Below the pieces are notes generated by a model. The model was not told where the DNA came from, ran no database searches, and saw only the letters and a list, made by a program, of their open reading frames with translations. Of a stretch of 64,000 nucleotides of DNA, positions 11,009-19,233 are shown piece by piece (positions within the stretch are counted from its first letter, which is position 1; each line of letters begins with the position of its first letter). A program made the position numbers and the translations under genes. The stretch is from a plasmid. The stretch is from sequence record CP088595.1. One strand, written 5' to 3'.

Positions 11009-11611
11009 ATGGAAAAAAATCAGGAAGAAAGGAAAATCCCCGTCATTGTAGTGAAAAAACGTCGTACCTTTTCGTTACCTTCCTTATCCGAAAAAACAGA
11101 TATTATCGAATCTGCATTTACTGAACAGGCAGCAGAATCAGCCCCCGTCGGAATAAATTCATCTGCCGTCGAAACACATATCCCCGAAGCACCAGCCAGG
11201 AAGAAGAAAAAGAAAAAACGCCGTTTCCCACGTCCCTCCCACTGGACCAGAGAGTATACTCACGAGTGCGTGGAAAAAATAAAGATCCTGTTTCCTCATC
11301 TTCGTGCTGAAGGTGGTGGATTTATTCCCCTGAAAATTGGCATAAACAATGATATTTCAGCATTTCTGGCAGAACACCCGGAGACAGAACTGACCATGGA
11401 CGAATGGCTCTGTGCAGTGTCCTGCATCACCTCACGCCGTGTATATCTGCAGCGGACAGCTGTCGCCGGCGTCCCACGTTATGGTCTGGATGGTCACCCC
11501 AAAGGGCAGGTCTCAGAATCTGAAGCACAGAGTGCCGGTCGCAGACTGGTGACATTAGAACAAAAGTTGCTCAGGATGCAGGCACAGCAGGAGAATATTT
11601 CTGGGCAATAA
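11009..11611 (+). CDS. ProQ/FinO-domain RNA-binding protein (FopA/FinO-like RNA chaperone)
   Basis: Core PLKIGINNDISAFLAEHPE...RRVYLQRTAVAGVPRYGLDGHPKGQVSESE matches the FinO/ProQ signature (PLKIGI... YL...GA.RYDLDG.P.G.V). The N-terminus is lysine-rich. A GAGG SD lies 6 nt upstream. Confidence 0.6.
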   Translation: MEKNQEERKIPVIVVKKRRTFSLPSLSEKTDIIESAFTEQAAESAPVGINSSAVETHIPEAPARKKKKKKRRFPRPSHWTREYTHECVEKIKILFPHLRAEGGGFIPLKIGINNDISAFLAEHPETELTMDEWLCAVSCITSRRVYLQRTAVAGVPRYGLDGHPKGQVSESEAQSAGRRLVTLEQKLLRMQAQQENISGQ

Positions 11612-11666
11612 ACACTCCTGATAACAGCTGGACATTACGTATCAGAAAAATGGGAAGAGAATTATT

Positions 11667-12176
11667 ATGAGTAAATCAGGTGCAGAAAAAATTCAATTCA
11701 TCCTGAATAATCATGAACAGGCATACAGACGCCTGAAGCCTGTATATACTTTTTTAGAACTGGCATCTTGGATTTCGGTTGTTCTGCTGATTATATACCT
11801 ATCAGGCAAGAATCACGTGCTTACAGCAGCTTTTCTCTGCTTTGCATGGACAGCATTCTGGGTTCTTTTCCTTTTACATTATTTCCCAAAAGTTTTCTCT
11901 ATTCTCGATCGTCAGAGTCTGCTCAACCTCATGGAGGCCACCAAAGACTCACCAGATGTAAAGCAGGAGCTGCTTAACCGCCTTTTTTCCGGAAAAAGAA
12001 TGACCGGGCGGGATGAAATGGATATCTGCCGTCTTCTGAGAAAAAATGAAGAAGAAAAAATCCGTCAGAGTGAACTGAATATCATCAGGAATTTTATTGA
12101 TGAACAGCAGTTAACGAATAGTGATATTCCGAAGAAAAGTACGGTCCCAAATGAAGATAAAAAAGGCATAAGATGA
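11667..12176 (+). CDS. Hypothetical membrane protein (169 aa)
   Basis: Two predicted TM helices plus a charged C-terminus, and a plausible SD. Function unknown. Confidence 0.45.
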   Translation: MSKSGAEKIQFILNNHEQAYRRLKPVYTFLELASWISVVLLIIYLSGKNHVLTAAFLCFAWTAFWVLFLLHYFPKVFSILDRQSLLNLMEATKDSPDVKQELLNRLFSGKRMTGRDEMDICRLLRKNEEEKIRQSELNIIRNFIDEQQLTNSDIPKKSTVPNEDKKGIR

Positions 12177-12699
12177 TATGAAATTAATAACCAGGCAAGC
12201 AGAGGATGGCGTGGTTTCATCCTAAGATTGATAGGGGTTAACCTGTAAGATAAAAGGACCGTGTTTACACGACGTCTCTGAAGGGCTTCGTTTGGGAAAC
12301 GGACAATATCTAACTGACGAGGAAATTAAATAAGGGTTTAAAAATTAACGCACCATATATTATACACAGTATATAACGATTCAGATATCGTCACCAGGAT
12401 ATGCCGCGTCAGCGGCATGGAAGGCGGCACTCTGTTGTTGCATATGACACAGGAGTAAAACCGCCGAAGCCCGGCGTAAGCCGGTACGGACTGATAGATT
12501 TCACCTTACCCATCCCCAGCCCTGCCAGACCATACCCGTTTTCAGCCATGAGAGAGCTTCTGTGCGCGGTCGGAGTGGTCCCGACGAGGGTTTACCCGAA
12601 GTCGGGGCGTATCTCCGCGTTAGCGGGCCGTCAGGGCCGCTTACGAGCGTGTACGGAGTACTTCCAGCCAGAAGACTGGCAGCGATGATAATGTAGTTA

Positions 12700-13245
12700 C
12701 AACATTCATAATTAAAAGCGATGTTGTTCCCGCCCTTTGGGCGGGGGCGGCCTCGCTTTTCAGTTATAAGGGGTGGGCACGGTGCTGCATTTATGCGGTG
12801 TTTTTATTCCTGATGTTTTTTTGCTGTGGTTTCAGAACGGTGAGGTTCCGGGGCCCGCGCGTCAGCGTGGGAGGTGCTTTTAGATTCTGAGCGGCGCGGC
12901 CCTGGCCGCTGCAAGCGAAGGCCTCTTTGTATTTATTCACAGTGGTTTCAGAGATAAAGACTTTCCCTGCGGCGAAGCAACGCAGGGGATTAAATAATGG
13001 GGTTAAGACTATATTGCAGGTTTGCTGTTTTAGGTTTGCGGCTTCTTAAAGTTCTTTGTTTGCGGATTTATGTGGATAACTGAAACAACGTGGCCATGTT
13101 CTGATGACTGATACGTGGTTTTATGGGCAGATATGCCCCTCTGAGGGGATTTAAGGTGATTACTGCAGATTTTGGGCTGAGCGGAACCAGCGCCGAAAGC
13201 CCCGGAGGGGCTGGCGATGATTCAGTGCTGAAGGAATGGTGCTGT
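12700..13245. promoter_or_regulatory. Putative CIS/oriV region downstream of repZ
   Basis: GC-rich hairpins lie immediately downstream of the repZ stop (GCCCCGGAGGGGC, GCCCCTCTGAGGGG). A perfect DnaA box TTATCCACA sits on the minus strand at 13071-13079. Placement follows the I-complex/IncFII rep-CIS-ori layout. Confidence 0.4.
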
Positions 13246-14277
13246 CTAGTGCGGCGGTGGCGCAGCCAGCGTCAGTTCAAGCTGACGCAACTCCCTGATG
13301 GCCAGTCGCTTCAGATAGTCATCGGAACAGAAATAGGCTTCATCCGGCGGCAGACGCTTCCGGAGATACTCAGCCATCTCATAAATCTGCTGGTCAACAG
13401 GTAATTTCTTCAGGCGGTTGGCACGCTTGCTGGCTGCGGCTTTTTCACGGCGCTTCTTCAGGGCATCCTGGCTGCGCTGCAGATACCAGCGTTTTCTGGC
13501 CGCATGAACGGAGATATCTTCATCCTCACGCAGAACACCTTCCCGAATGAGCTGCTGGCGGATTTCACTTTCACGCAGTCGTTTCTGCTGCTGTTCGTGA
13601 AGTTTTACCATGTCGACGCCCAGCATCTGCCAGCCTGCCGGTGTTATCCAGACGTAACGTGGCAGACGCTGACGATGTTCACGGTCCCACATTGTTTCCT
13701 CTGACACACCCAGCACACCAAAGCGCACCTGTTCGGCCAGCAGACGGGAAAGACGGGAGACCGTCACTTCCAGTTCCGGAATAACATGTCCCTCGCTGTC
13801 TTTCGGGCTGATTTCTTCAGCCAGCCGAGTGACGCTCATCCCCACGGTATGTGTGCCGGCATCACTGAAGCTGACCAGAACCGGCCAGATGGCATCGAGG
13901 AGACGTTGTTTTTCCGGCCGGAAAGCGTATTTGCGACCGACGAACGTCCGTTTCTGTACATAAAAAGGATGCCGCGACATGCGCATGCGCAGGCTCTGCT
14001 CGCCGGTTACAGGGTCCTTTTTCACCAGACGGTTATAGGCGTGCCCGAGCTGCCCTTTCAGCGCTTTATAGCGCTCAGGACGATACCAGGACGGATTTTC
14101 GCATTTGGGTTTAGTGGAGTGCTCACCACGACGGCGATTTGTGAGCTTCCTTTCCGGTTCAACCAGGAAAGTGGTCGCCCTTCCCGCTTCATAGTCTTCC
14201 CAGAAACGGATCTGCTCTTCGGGTGCTAACTGACTCCAGTGTACTGCGTTATATGGAGTATTCTTCAGACCTGCCAC
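13246..14277 (-). CDS. repZ: Replication initiator RepZ (I-complex/IncI1 RepA family), 343 aa from a GTG start
   Basis: The listed ORF is 13246..14322. An in-frame GTG at 14277 gives exactly 343 aa, the ColIb-P9 RepZ length. This GTG lies 8 nt upstream of the stop of the 29-aa leader ORF, which fits translational coupling. Confidence 0.75.
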   Translation of the reverse strand: MAGLKNTPYNAVHWSQLAPEEQIRFWEDYEAGRATTFLVEPERKLTNRRRGEHSTKPKCENPSWYRPERYKALKGQLGHAYNRLVKKDPVTGEQSLRMRMSRHPFYVQKRTFVGRKYAFRPEKQRLLDAIWPVLVSFSDAGTHTVGMSVTRLAEEISPKDSEGHVIPELEVTVSRLSRLLAEQVRFGVLGVSEETMWDREHRQRLPRYVWITPAGWQMLGVDMVKLHEQQQKRLRESEIRQQLIREGVLREDEDISVHAARKRWYLQRSQDALKKRREKAAASKRANRLKKLPVDQQIYEMAEYLRKRLPPDEAYFCSDDYLKRLAIRELRQLELTLAAPPPH

Positions 14278-14354
14278 AAGCTGTCGCTTATGGCGGAGCG
14301 ATTGTGCCGTGTATTTATACACTGCACAGGGTTGAATCTCTGGTACGGTTTCAT
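14265..14354 (-). CDS. repY: RepY leader peptide (29 aa) translationally coupled to repZ
   Basis: Minus-strand ORF ATG AAA CCG TAC CAG AGA TTC AAC CCT GTG CAG TGT ATA AAT ... TGA gives MKPYQRFNPVQCINTRHNRSAISDSLWQV. It starts just downstream of stem-loop I and its end overlaps the repZ start. Confidence 0.6.
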   Translation of the reverse strand: MKPYQRFNPVQCINTRHNRSAISDSLWQV

Positions 14355-14360
14355 TATACT
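14332..14360 (+). promoter_or_regulatory. Promoter of the Inc antisense RNA (TTGAAT-17-TATACT)
   Basis: Near-consensus sigma70 -35/-10 with 17-bp spacing on the plus strand, pointing into the repZ leader from the opposite side. Confidence 0.55.
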
Positions 14361-14366
14361 TTACCC

Positions 14367-14442
14367 GTATTCTGTGAGGCCCCCACTATCTTTCGTCGTT
14401 CCGCCAAGTTCGTAAGAAAGATAGTGGGGGTTTTCCTTTTAT
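14367..14442 (+). ncRNA. inc: Inc RNA (RNAI-like antisense RNA controlling repY/repZ translation), about 75 nt
   Basis: Plus strand carries stem-loop GCCCCCACTATCTTTC-loop-GAAAGATAGTGGGGG (14380-14430) followed by a TTTTCCTTTT run. The loop contains CGCCAA, complementary to the conserved 5'-TTGGCG-3' target loop in the repZ leader on the other strand. Confidence 0.6.
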
Positions 14443-14699
14443 GGCTTCCGGAACATCTTCAGTCTTCTGACTTACTGCCCGTACATGCCATCTCTCCTGA
14501 ATGCCTTATGGCGCATTCTGCCGTCCGGCTTTCGCCGCTTTGCTCCACAGAGTGCCACCCTCTGCACAGCTAATAACAGCCGAAATATACCCGCTTTACG
14601 TTAATTTGAAAAGCATTACAACGATCTCTTCTCTTCCAGTGCCTCCTCACTGATACCTCTAATAAGTTAATCTTGACCTGCGTCAAAAAAATAAAATCT

Positions 14700-14900
14700 A
14701 TTTTTAAAAGCAGATTTTTCTGCTTTAGATCTTTCTTTTGGATTAAAAGATCGACTTTTGTCCTACTCACGATCATTTATCTTACAACCGATCTACCTAA
14801 CAGAATAATATTCTGTTTTAACGCAATTAAACGATCTAAAAAACCTTTAAAAAATCATTTTGTAGATCATTCGATCGTAAATAGAATAATTCTTAGATAA
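14700..14900. promoter_or_regulatory. AT-rich region with a dense GATC cluster upstream of the tra regulatory genes
   Basis: Seven GATC sites in 200 bp (agatct, gatcga, gatcat, gatcta, gatcta, gatcat, gatcgt) in roughly 30 percent GC DNA. Confidence 0.3.
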
Positions 14901-14909
14901 TAAAACCAT

Positions 14910-14939
14910 TTGTTACACAGCCCGCCAATTGTGTAACAA
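14910..14939. promoter_or_regulatory. Perfect 10-bp inverted repeat TTGTTACACA-N10-TGTGTAACAA (candidate operator)
   Basis: Read directly from the sequence. It lies at the edge of the GATC cluster. Confidence 0.35.
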
Positions 14940-15066
14940 CAGCCTCTACAAGAGCATATTTGTTCATATGTTCGTCAGAACTGCGGATTGTCTGGACGAG
15001 GGTCAGACACCGTTTCGTGCATATGGACCAGCATGTTCGAACGCCACAAAGCAGAAGCATCATGCC

Positions 15067-15093
15067 TGGATCGCTTCGGCGCGGAGCGTTAAG
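15067..15093 (+). promoter_or_regulatory. Conserved tra-leader motif, copy 1 (GGATCGnTTnGGCGCGGAGCGTTAAG)
   Basis: One of three copies of a roughly 30-bp motif; the others are at 16130-16155 and 36665-36690. Confidence 0.5.
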
Positions 15094-15430
15094 TTTTGAC
15101 GCTTTTTTGTATGTTTTTTAAGCGGTTAGTTGACTCGGTACGTTATACTAAGTACCCTTTACTGGTCACAGGCAAAACTGTGATCGGGCGTAGGAACCCG
15201 CGTAGTCATCGTCGGCGCAGAAGTTAATTTCTTCATTTGGCGTCGTTTTTTGCCATACCATAAAGACAGGAACTTGTATTTCTTGTCGTCATCTATGGTA
15301 GCTCAGGCGGGGCAGGCATTAGCCTGGCCGGTTTCCGATGACGCCGGTATTCCTACCCCCGTCTGGGCTATCACCAATGAGCGTAGGAACTCGGTGATAG
15401 CGTTTTTAGTTGTCATCGGAGACCGTTGCT

Positions 15431-15718
15431 ATGTCACCTCAAATGATACAGAAACTCCCGGCCATCACTCTGTTGGAAGGCATGTTTCCCGAGCTATCAA
15501 CAAACCAGCTTAAAGTCTGCGTTTTTTACGCAATGGGTGTTCCTTACGACGCCATTGCTCAGAACTGTCGGCTTTCTCCCGAAACGGTACGAACCTACCT
15601 GAAGCGAAGCCTGAAGAACTTAAATCTGGAAGGATATGATGCACTTCGCTCTGCTGTGCTGATGCGAACGTTCGTTTTCATGATTAGCAATACAGCTAAA
15701 GAAAACGAAAAAATGTGA
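15431..15718 (+). CDS. LuxR/GerE-type HTH regulator (95 aa), at the traA position
   Basis: C-terminal LSPETVRTYLKRSLKNLNL is a GerE/sigma region-4-like HTH. ATG at 15431 with GGAG 10 nt upstream. The listed ORF begins at TTG 15410. Confidence 0.45.
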   Translation: MSPQMIQKLPAITLLEGMFPELSTNQLKVCVFYAMGVPYDAIAQNCRLSPETVRTYLKRSLKNLNLEGYDALRSAVLMRTFVFMISNTAKENEKM

Positions 15719-16129
15719 ACAGGTGTCCCCATTAAAGGGGACACTTTCATGGAAATTGCATTTTGCACTTTACAGGCGATCCCAAATTGATAAACATAAA
15801 CACCAAGCACAAGTTACTTTAATAAAGCAAATCACTTCAGACGGTGTCCCAGTTATTTGTATCTGGCTCATGCCCGATATATGGCGACCTTACTCTGAAC
15901 TGACGTGCTGATGTTTTATTTCGCGTATCACAATACTGTGCCACTGTATTGCTGATATTAGTGCTTAGCCGTTCTTTATCTGTGAGTTCGCCAAATCACC
16001 GATACAGAACGTACTAGAGTCTGCTGGTTATATGCCTGTCAGAACTGCAGTTTATCCAGATATGGGCTGGACACTGCTTCAGACATATGATTTAGCATAT
16101 TCGCCTGACATCGCAAAATCGTCCATCAT

Positions 16130-16155
16130 GGATCGGTTTTGCGCGGAGCGTTGAA
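16130..16155 (+). promoter_or_regulatory. Conserved tra-leader motif, copy 2, immediately upstream of the traB start
   Basis: CATCATGGATCGGTTTTGCGCGGAGCGTTGAAC. It ends 4 nt before the proposed GTG start of traB. Confidence 0.5.
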
Positions 16156-16159
16156 CTTC

Positions 16160-16693
16160 GTGAATATAGAACACCTGAATAACCGGAACTGGTATCTTGC
16201 GCAATATAATACAGCCGGCAAAAACAGAGAATCTTTATTCTCATGGCTGAATGAGCAAAACGTCGTACCATGGACTCCATTAATAACAAGAAAGATAAGA
16301 CGGGCAGACTCCAGGTGCTGTTACCGTGAAAGAATATTCGCTATTTTTCCAGGGTACTTTTTTATTCTGGCTAATTTTGACATTCACCCAGTATCAGCAT
16401 TACGTCGACATAGCGCCTTCATTGATTTCGTGAAGTTTGGCGGTGAAATAAAACCCGTCAATAAAGATATTGTTGATGGATTAATGAAGATTTACCCGGA
16501 CCCTGTGCTAAATCCGGGAGCCAGGGAAGAGCTGAATGCGGCTTCCAGCATATGGCTGACAAAAGCACAATATCAGTATCTCCTCAGAATGGAAAATACT
16601 CTCCAGCCTGAGTCGAGGATATCCCTGCTCCTGGAACTGGTATCAAATGCCGAACATCACGGCTTTATGGAGCGCCTTGTAAACATCCCATAG
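16160..16693 (+). CDS. traB: TraB, NusG/RfaH-family transcription antiterminator (NGN + KOW-like), 177 aa
   Basis: NWYLAQYNTAGKNRESLFSWLNEQNVVPWTPLITRK...RIFAIFPGYFFILANFD aligns with the RfaH/NusG NGN domain (WYLLYCK...PLFPNYLFV). The probable start is GTG 16160, because no in-frame ATG precedes the NGN domain. The listed ORF starts at TTG 16139. Confidence 0.65.
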   Translation: MNIEHLNNRNWYLAQYNTAGKNRESLFSWLNEQNVVPWTPLITRKIRRADSRCCYRERIFAIFPGYFFILANFDIHPVSALRRHSAFIDFVKFGGEIKPVNKDIVDGLMKIYPDPVLNPGAREELNAASSIWLTKAQYQYLLRMENTLQPESRISLLLELVSNAEHHGFMERLVNIP

Positions 16694-16704
16694 CCAGTAT
16701 TTCC

Positions 16705-16729
16705 CGGCCTTCGGGCCGGGCTTTTTTCA
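16705..16729 (+). terminator. Rho-independent terminator after traB
   Basis: CCCGGCCTTCGGGCCGGG followed by CTTTTTT. Confidence 0.6.
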
Positions 16730-16946
16730 ATTCCAGAGAATATTCCGGAGTGAAGCCTGCACGAAGCCATCCCCACCATGGACTCCCCCTGTCTTTTGAT
16801 GGAACCGTGTATTTCTTAATGGCGAAAGAAATAAAAGGCTTCACCCCAGAGTATTGATTCGTTTTATCAAAGGCCGGCCCGTGCCATCACGTGTGGCGGA
16901 GAGAACGGATACCGGTCTTCTTTTCATCTCACAGTAGGACATTCGC

Positions 16947-17630
16947 ATGACCACGACAGAACATCCCGTGCGCCAGTTGCTCTGGTGTGCACTGAATGCC
17001 CTGAAAACGGCACAGGAAAACCACAATATAACCAGTGAAACCGGATTACGGCATTACCTGCTTGAATGGCTTTCTGGTGCCAGCAGACATCCTGAGTTCC
17101 GTAGTCTCCCTGGCGAAATCATGGCGTTAAAAGCATTGACCGAAAAAGATCGCAATATTCCCATCATCGGAACGCTGAATACGCTCTTTCTCAGCTCTGC
17201 CACTGTCGGGGAATGTCCGTTGTTTCGTTTTCGGGCTGCACTGGGTAAATTACAGAAAGCAGGCTGGCGCACATATGTCTGCCCATGGCCTGAGAGGGTG
17301 TTCAATGAATCCATTGAACGGGCCTGTTCCGGGAAACGTCATCTGCTACAACTAAGTCGCACCGAAGAGTGTTTTCTACCGACAGGCGATATGAGGGCAC
17401 CAGTTACGTTGCAGCTGATCACTCCACTACACCGCAAAACTATGCAGCTTCTGGAAACGGCAGAGTTAATATTCTCCGACGAAGGATTTCAGGTGGTGAG
17501 AGGATACGAACATCAATTCGGGATCGAACGCAGAGAAACCCTCTTTCACACCCTATTTATCGGGCTGCCCAGCCTGCCAGAAGATGTCTGGGGTGCAACA
17601 CAGGAGCAGACGACTATCACATTACACTGA
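16947..17630 (+). CDS. traC: TraC-position protein (227 aa), putative transfer-gene regulator
   Basis: Assigned by position after the NusG-like traB, as in the R64 traABCD cluster. There is no motif evidence. Confidence 0.45.
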   Translation: MTTTEHPVRQLLWCALNALKTAQENHNITSETGLRHYLLEWLSGASRHPEFRSLPGEIMALKALTEKDRNIPIIGTLNTLFLSSATVGECPLFRFRAALGKLQKAGWRTYVCPWPERVFNESIERACSGKRHLLQLSRTEECFLPTGDMRAPVTLQLITPLHRKTMQLLETAELIFSDEGFQVVRGYEHQFGIERRETLFHTLFIGLPSLPEDVWGATQEQTTITLH

Positions 17631-17651
17631 GGATGTGTAATCCCCGGCATA

Positions 17652-17744
17652 CCCCGTTTCCAGTCTTCGCAGCCTGTACCGCCCTTCCTGCCGTTTCCGA
17701 CATTCTTTCTGTCACTACTCGCTTGTGCCATTTTTTCGCAAGCG
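17652..17744. repeat. Leader direct repeat, copy 1 (about 92 bp, about 95 percent identical to 18367-18458)
   Basis: CCCGTTTCC(A)GTCTTCGCAGCCTGTACCGCCCTTCCTGCCGTTTCCGACATTCTTTCTGTCACTACTCGCTTGTGCC(A/G)TTTTTTCGCAA. It sits upstream of the lipoprotein gene at 17803. Confidence 0.85.
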
Positions 17745-17802
17745 GCCCCCATCGACATGACGGTGCGAGTCTTTCTTTTTACCCTGAGAGGAAATTAACA
17801 GC

Positions 17803-18354
17803 ATGAAAAAACAACCACTACTCTGGATGACGATAGCCGCCGCACTGCTGTCCGGCTGCACAGGCCACAGGGAACATCACCCGCAGGTGACATTCACGGT
17901 CGATACCGTGCGAACAGACACAACGGCCAGCAACCCAATCTGCCTGGCGGAAAAATACGGAAGCCTTCTTAATGAGCGCCATCCGGACCTGTTTGCCGGT
18001 GCTCAGGGGAGTATTTCACGCAGTGCATTTTTTAATGACAGCCTGACGCTGACACCTGAAACGCTCCACGGGATGATACAGAATACGCCCTGTGTTGAAT
18101 CACTGGTAACGTCCGTAGGTCCGGATACCTTCACTGCAGATGTCTCTCCCGGTGTCAGAATGCAGGTATCACCGGATATTCACGGTGCGCCCGGAAATAT
18201 CACTCTGCGACTCTCGACCACAGACCAGAAACGAAAACAGACTGTTGAACAAAGCATTTCTCTCAGACCGGAACAGTCCCTTGTCGTGAATGGATTCACC
18301 GGAGACGGAGCTGGCGAAAAGCGCGTCGTTCTCATCACACCTCACGTGCGTTAA
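17803..18354 (+). CDS. Lipoprotein (183 aa; lipobox LLSGC), at the traD position
   Basis: Signal peptide MKKQPLLWMTIAAALLSGCTG. AGAGG SD. Follows leader repeat copy 1. Confidence 0.5.
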   Translation: MKKQPLLWMTIAAALLSGCTGHREHHPQVTFTVDTVRTDTTASNPICLAEKYGSLLNERHPDLFAGAQGSISRSAFFNDSLTLTPETLHGMIQNTPCVESLVTSVGPDTFTADVSPGVRMQVSPDIHGAPGNITLRLSTTDQKRKQTVEQSISLRPEQSLVVNGFTGDGAGEKRVVLITPHVR

Positions 18355-18366
18355 TTCCCAACACAA

Positions 18367-18458
18367 CCCGTTTCCCGTCTTCGCAGCCTGTACCGCCCTT
18401 CCTGCCGTTTCCGACATTCTTTCTGTCACTACTCGCTTGTGCCGTTTTTTCGCAACCG
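18367..18458. repeat. Leader direct repeat, copy 2, upstream of pilI
   Basis: Same sequence as 17652-17744. Confidence 0.85.
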
Positions 18459-18515
18459 GTACGTGCAGTTATGACGGTACAGCTGCTTCTTTTCCCGTTC
18501 CGGAAGGAGTCTTTG

Positions 18516-18770
18516 ATGCCACAGCAACATCCCGGACGACTGCAAATACTGGTCGTCGACGCACACTGCAAACGCAGGCTGTTTTCAACGAAAACACCGA
18601 CAGACCCCGATGAGCTTGCCCGACGTTTCTGCACGCCGGATAACTGTCTCGTGGTGGTACTACGCGACAACCGATTTCTGTTCCGACTGGAGCGTGCTCC
18701 CGGCAGCCACTGCCGCTGGCACAAGGGCAGCAGCTCCCGCCATCAGCATCTACAGGACTGGCTGTCGTAA
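18516..18770 (+). CDS. pilI: PilI (84 aa), first gene of the thin-pilus operon
   Basis: ATG 18516 with GGAAGGAG SD gives 84 aa (MPQQHPGRLQILVVDAH...). The length and position match R64 pilI. Confidence 0.55.
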   Translation: MPQQHPGRLQILVVDAHCKRRLFSTKTPTDPDELARRFCTPDNCLVVVLRDNRFLFRLERAPGSHCRWHKGSSSRHQHLQDWLS

Positions 18771-18814
18771 ACACAACAAAAACAAAAGACCTCGTCAAAA
18801 CAGGTGGGGGCCGT

Positions 18815-18886
18815 GTTCTTTTTAGTTAAATTAACCATCGCGATTGCGATTGTCTGTGTACACCTTTTAACGATTTTAATTTAGCC
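18815..18886. repeat. Degenerate upstream duplicate (about 72 bp) of the pilJ 5' coding region
   Basis: GTTCTTTTTAGTTAAATTAACCATCGCGATTGCGATTGTCTGTG... compared with pilJ 18948-19019 GTTCTTTCTAGTTAAATTAACCATCGCGATTGTGATTGTCTGTG... . Copy 1 contains stop codons. Confidence 0.8.
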
Positions 18887-18936
18887 GTTTGTTGCCATCT
18901 TTATTACCTCTCTCCCTTTTATCATGGAGATTAACG

Positions 18937-19233
18937 ATGTTTACCATGTTCTTTCTAGTTAAATTAACCATCGCGATTGTGATTGTCTGTGGAATCCTTT
19001 CTCCGATTTTAGTTTCACCACATAACAAACTGTCCACACTTTTTTGGAAGATACCAAACGCGTTCTGGATTTTCCTGATTTGCATATACTTTGCAATCGC
19101 CATGGCGGTGTTAATAGAAAGCAGTGAACAGACACGCATCCGCCGCCAACAATATTTCCAACAGTACGAAGTGCCAAATGAGACACATAAAAATGTGGTG
19201 ATAGAAAACAGTATTAAAAGTCAACTAATATGA
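18937..19233 (+). CDS. pilJ: PilJ, small inner-membrane protein (98 aa)
   Basis: ATG 18937 with GGAGA SD. Two TM helices. Positional assignment. Confidence 0.5.
   Translation: MFTMFFLVKLTIAIVIVCGILSPILVSPHNKLSTLFWKIPNAFWIFLICIYFAIAMAVLIESSEQTRIRRQQYFQQYEVPNETHKNVVIENSIKSQLI

Noticed and set aside
13786-14573. Plus-strand ORFs 13786..14229 and 14223..14573 opposite repZ and its leader
   Set aside because: They lie antisense to repZ, repY and the leader. The region is explained by repZ, repY and Inc RNA.
15250-15513. 87-aa ORF overlapping the start of the LuxR-type gene
   Set aside because: No SD or motif support. It may correspond to an uncharacterised traA, but cannot be supported from the sequence.
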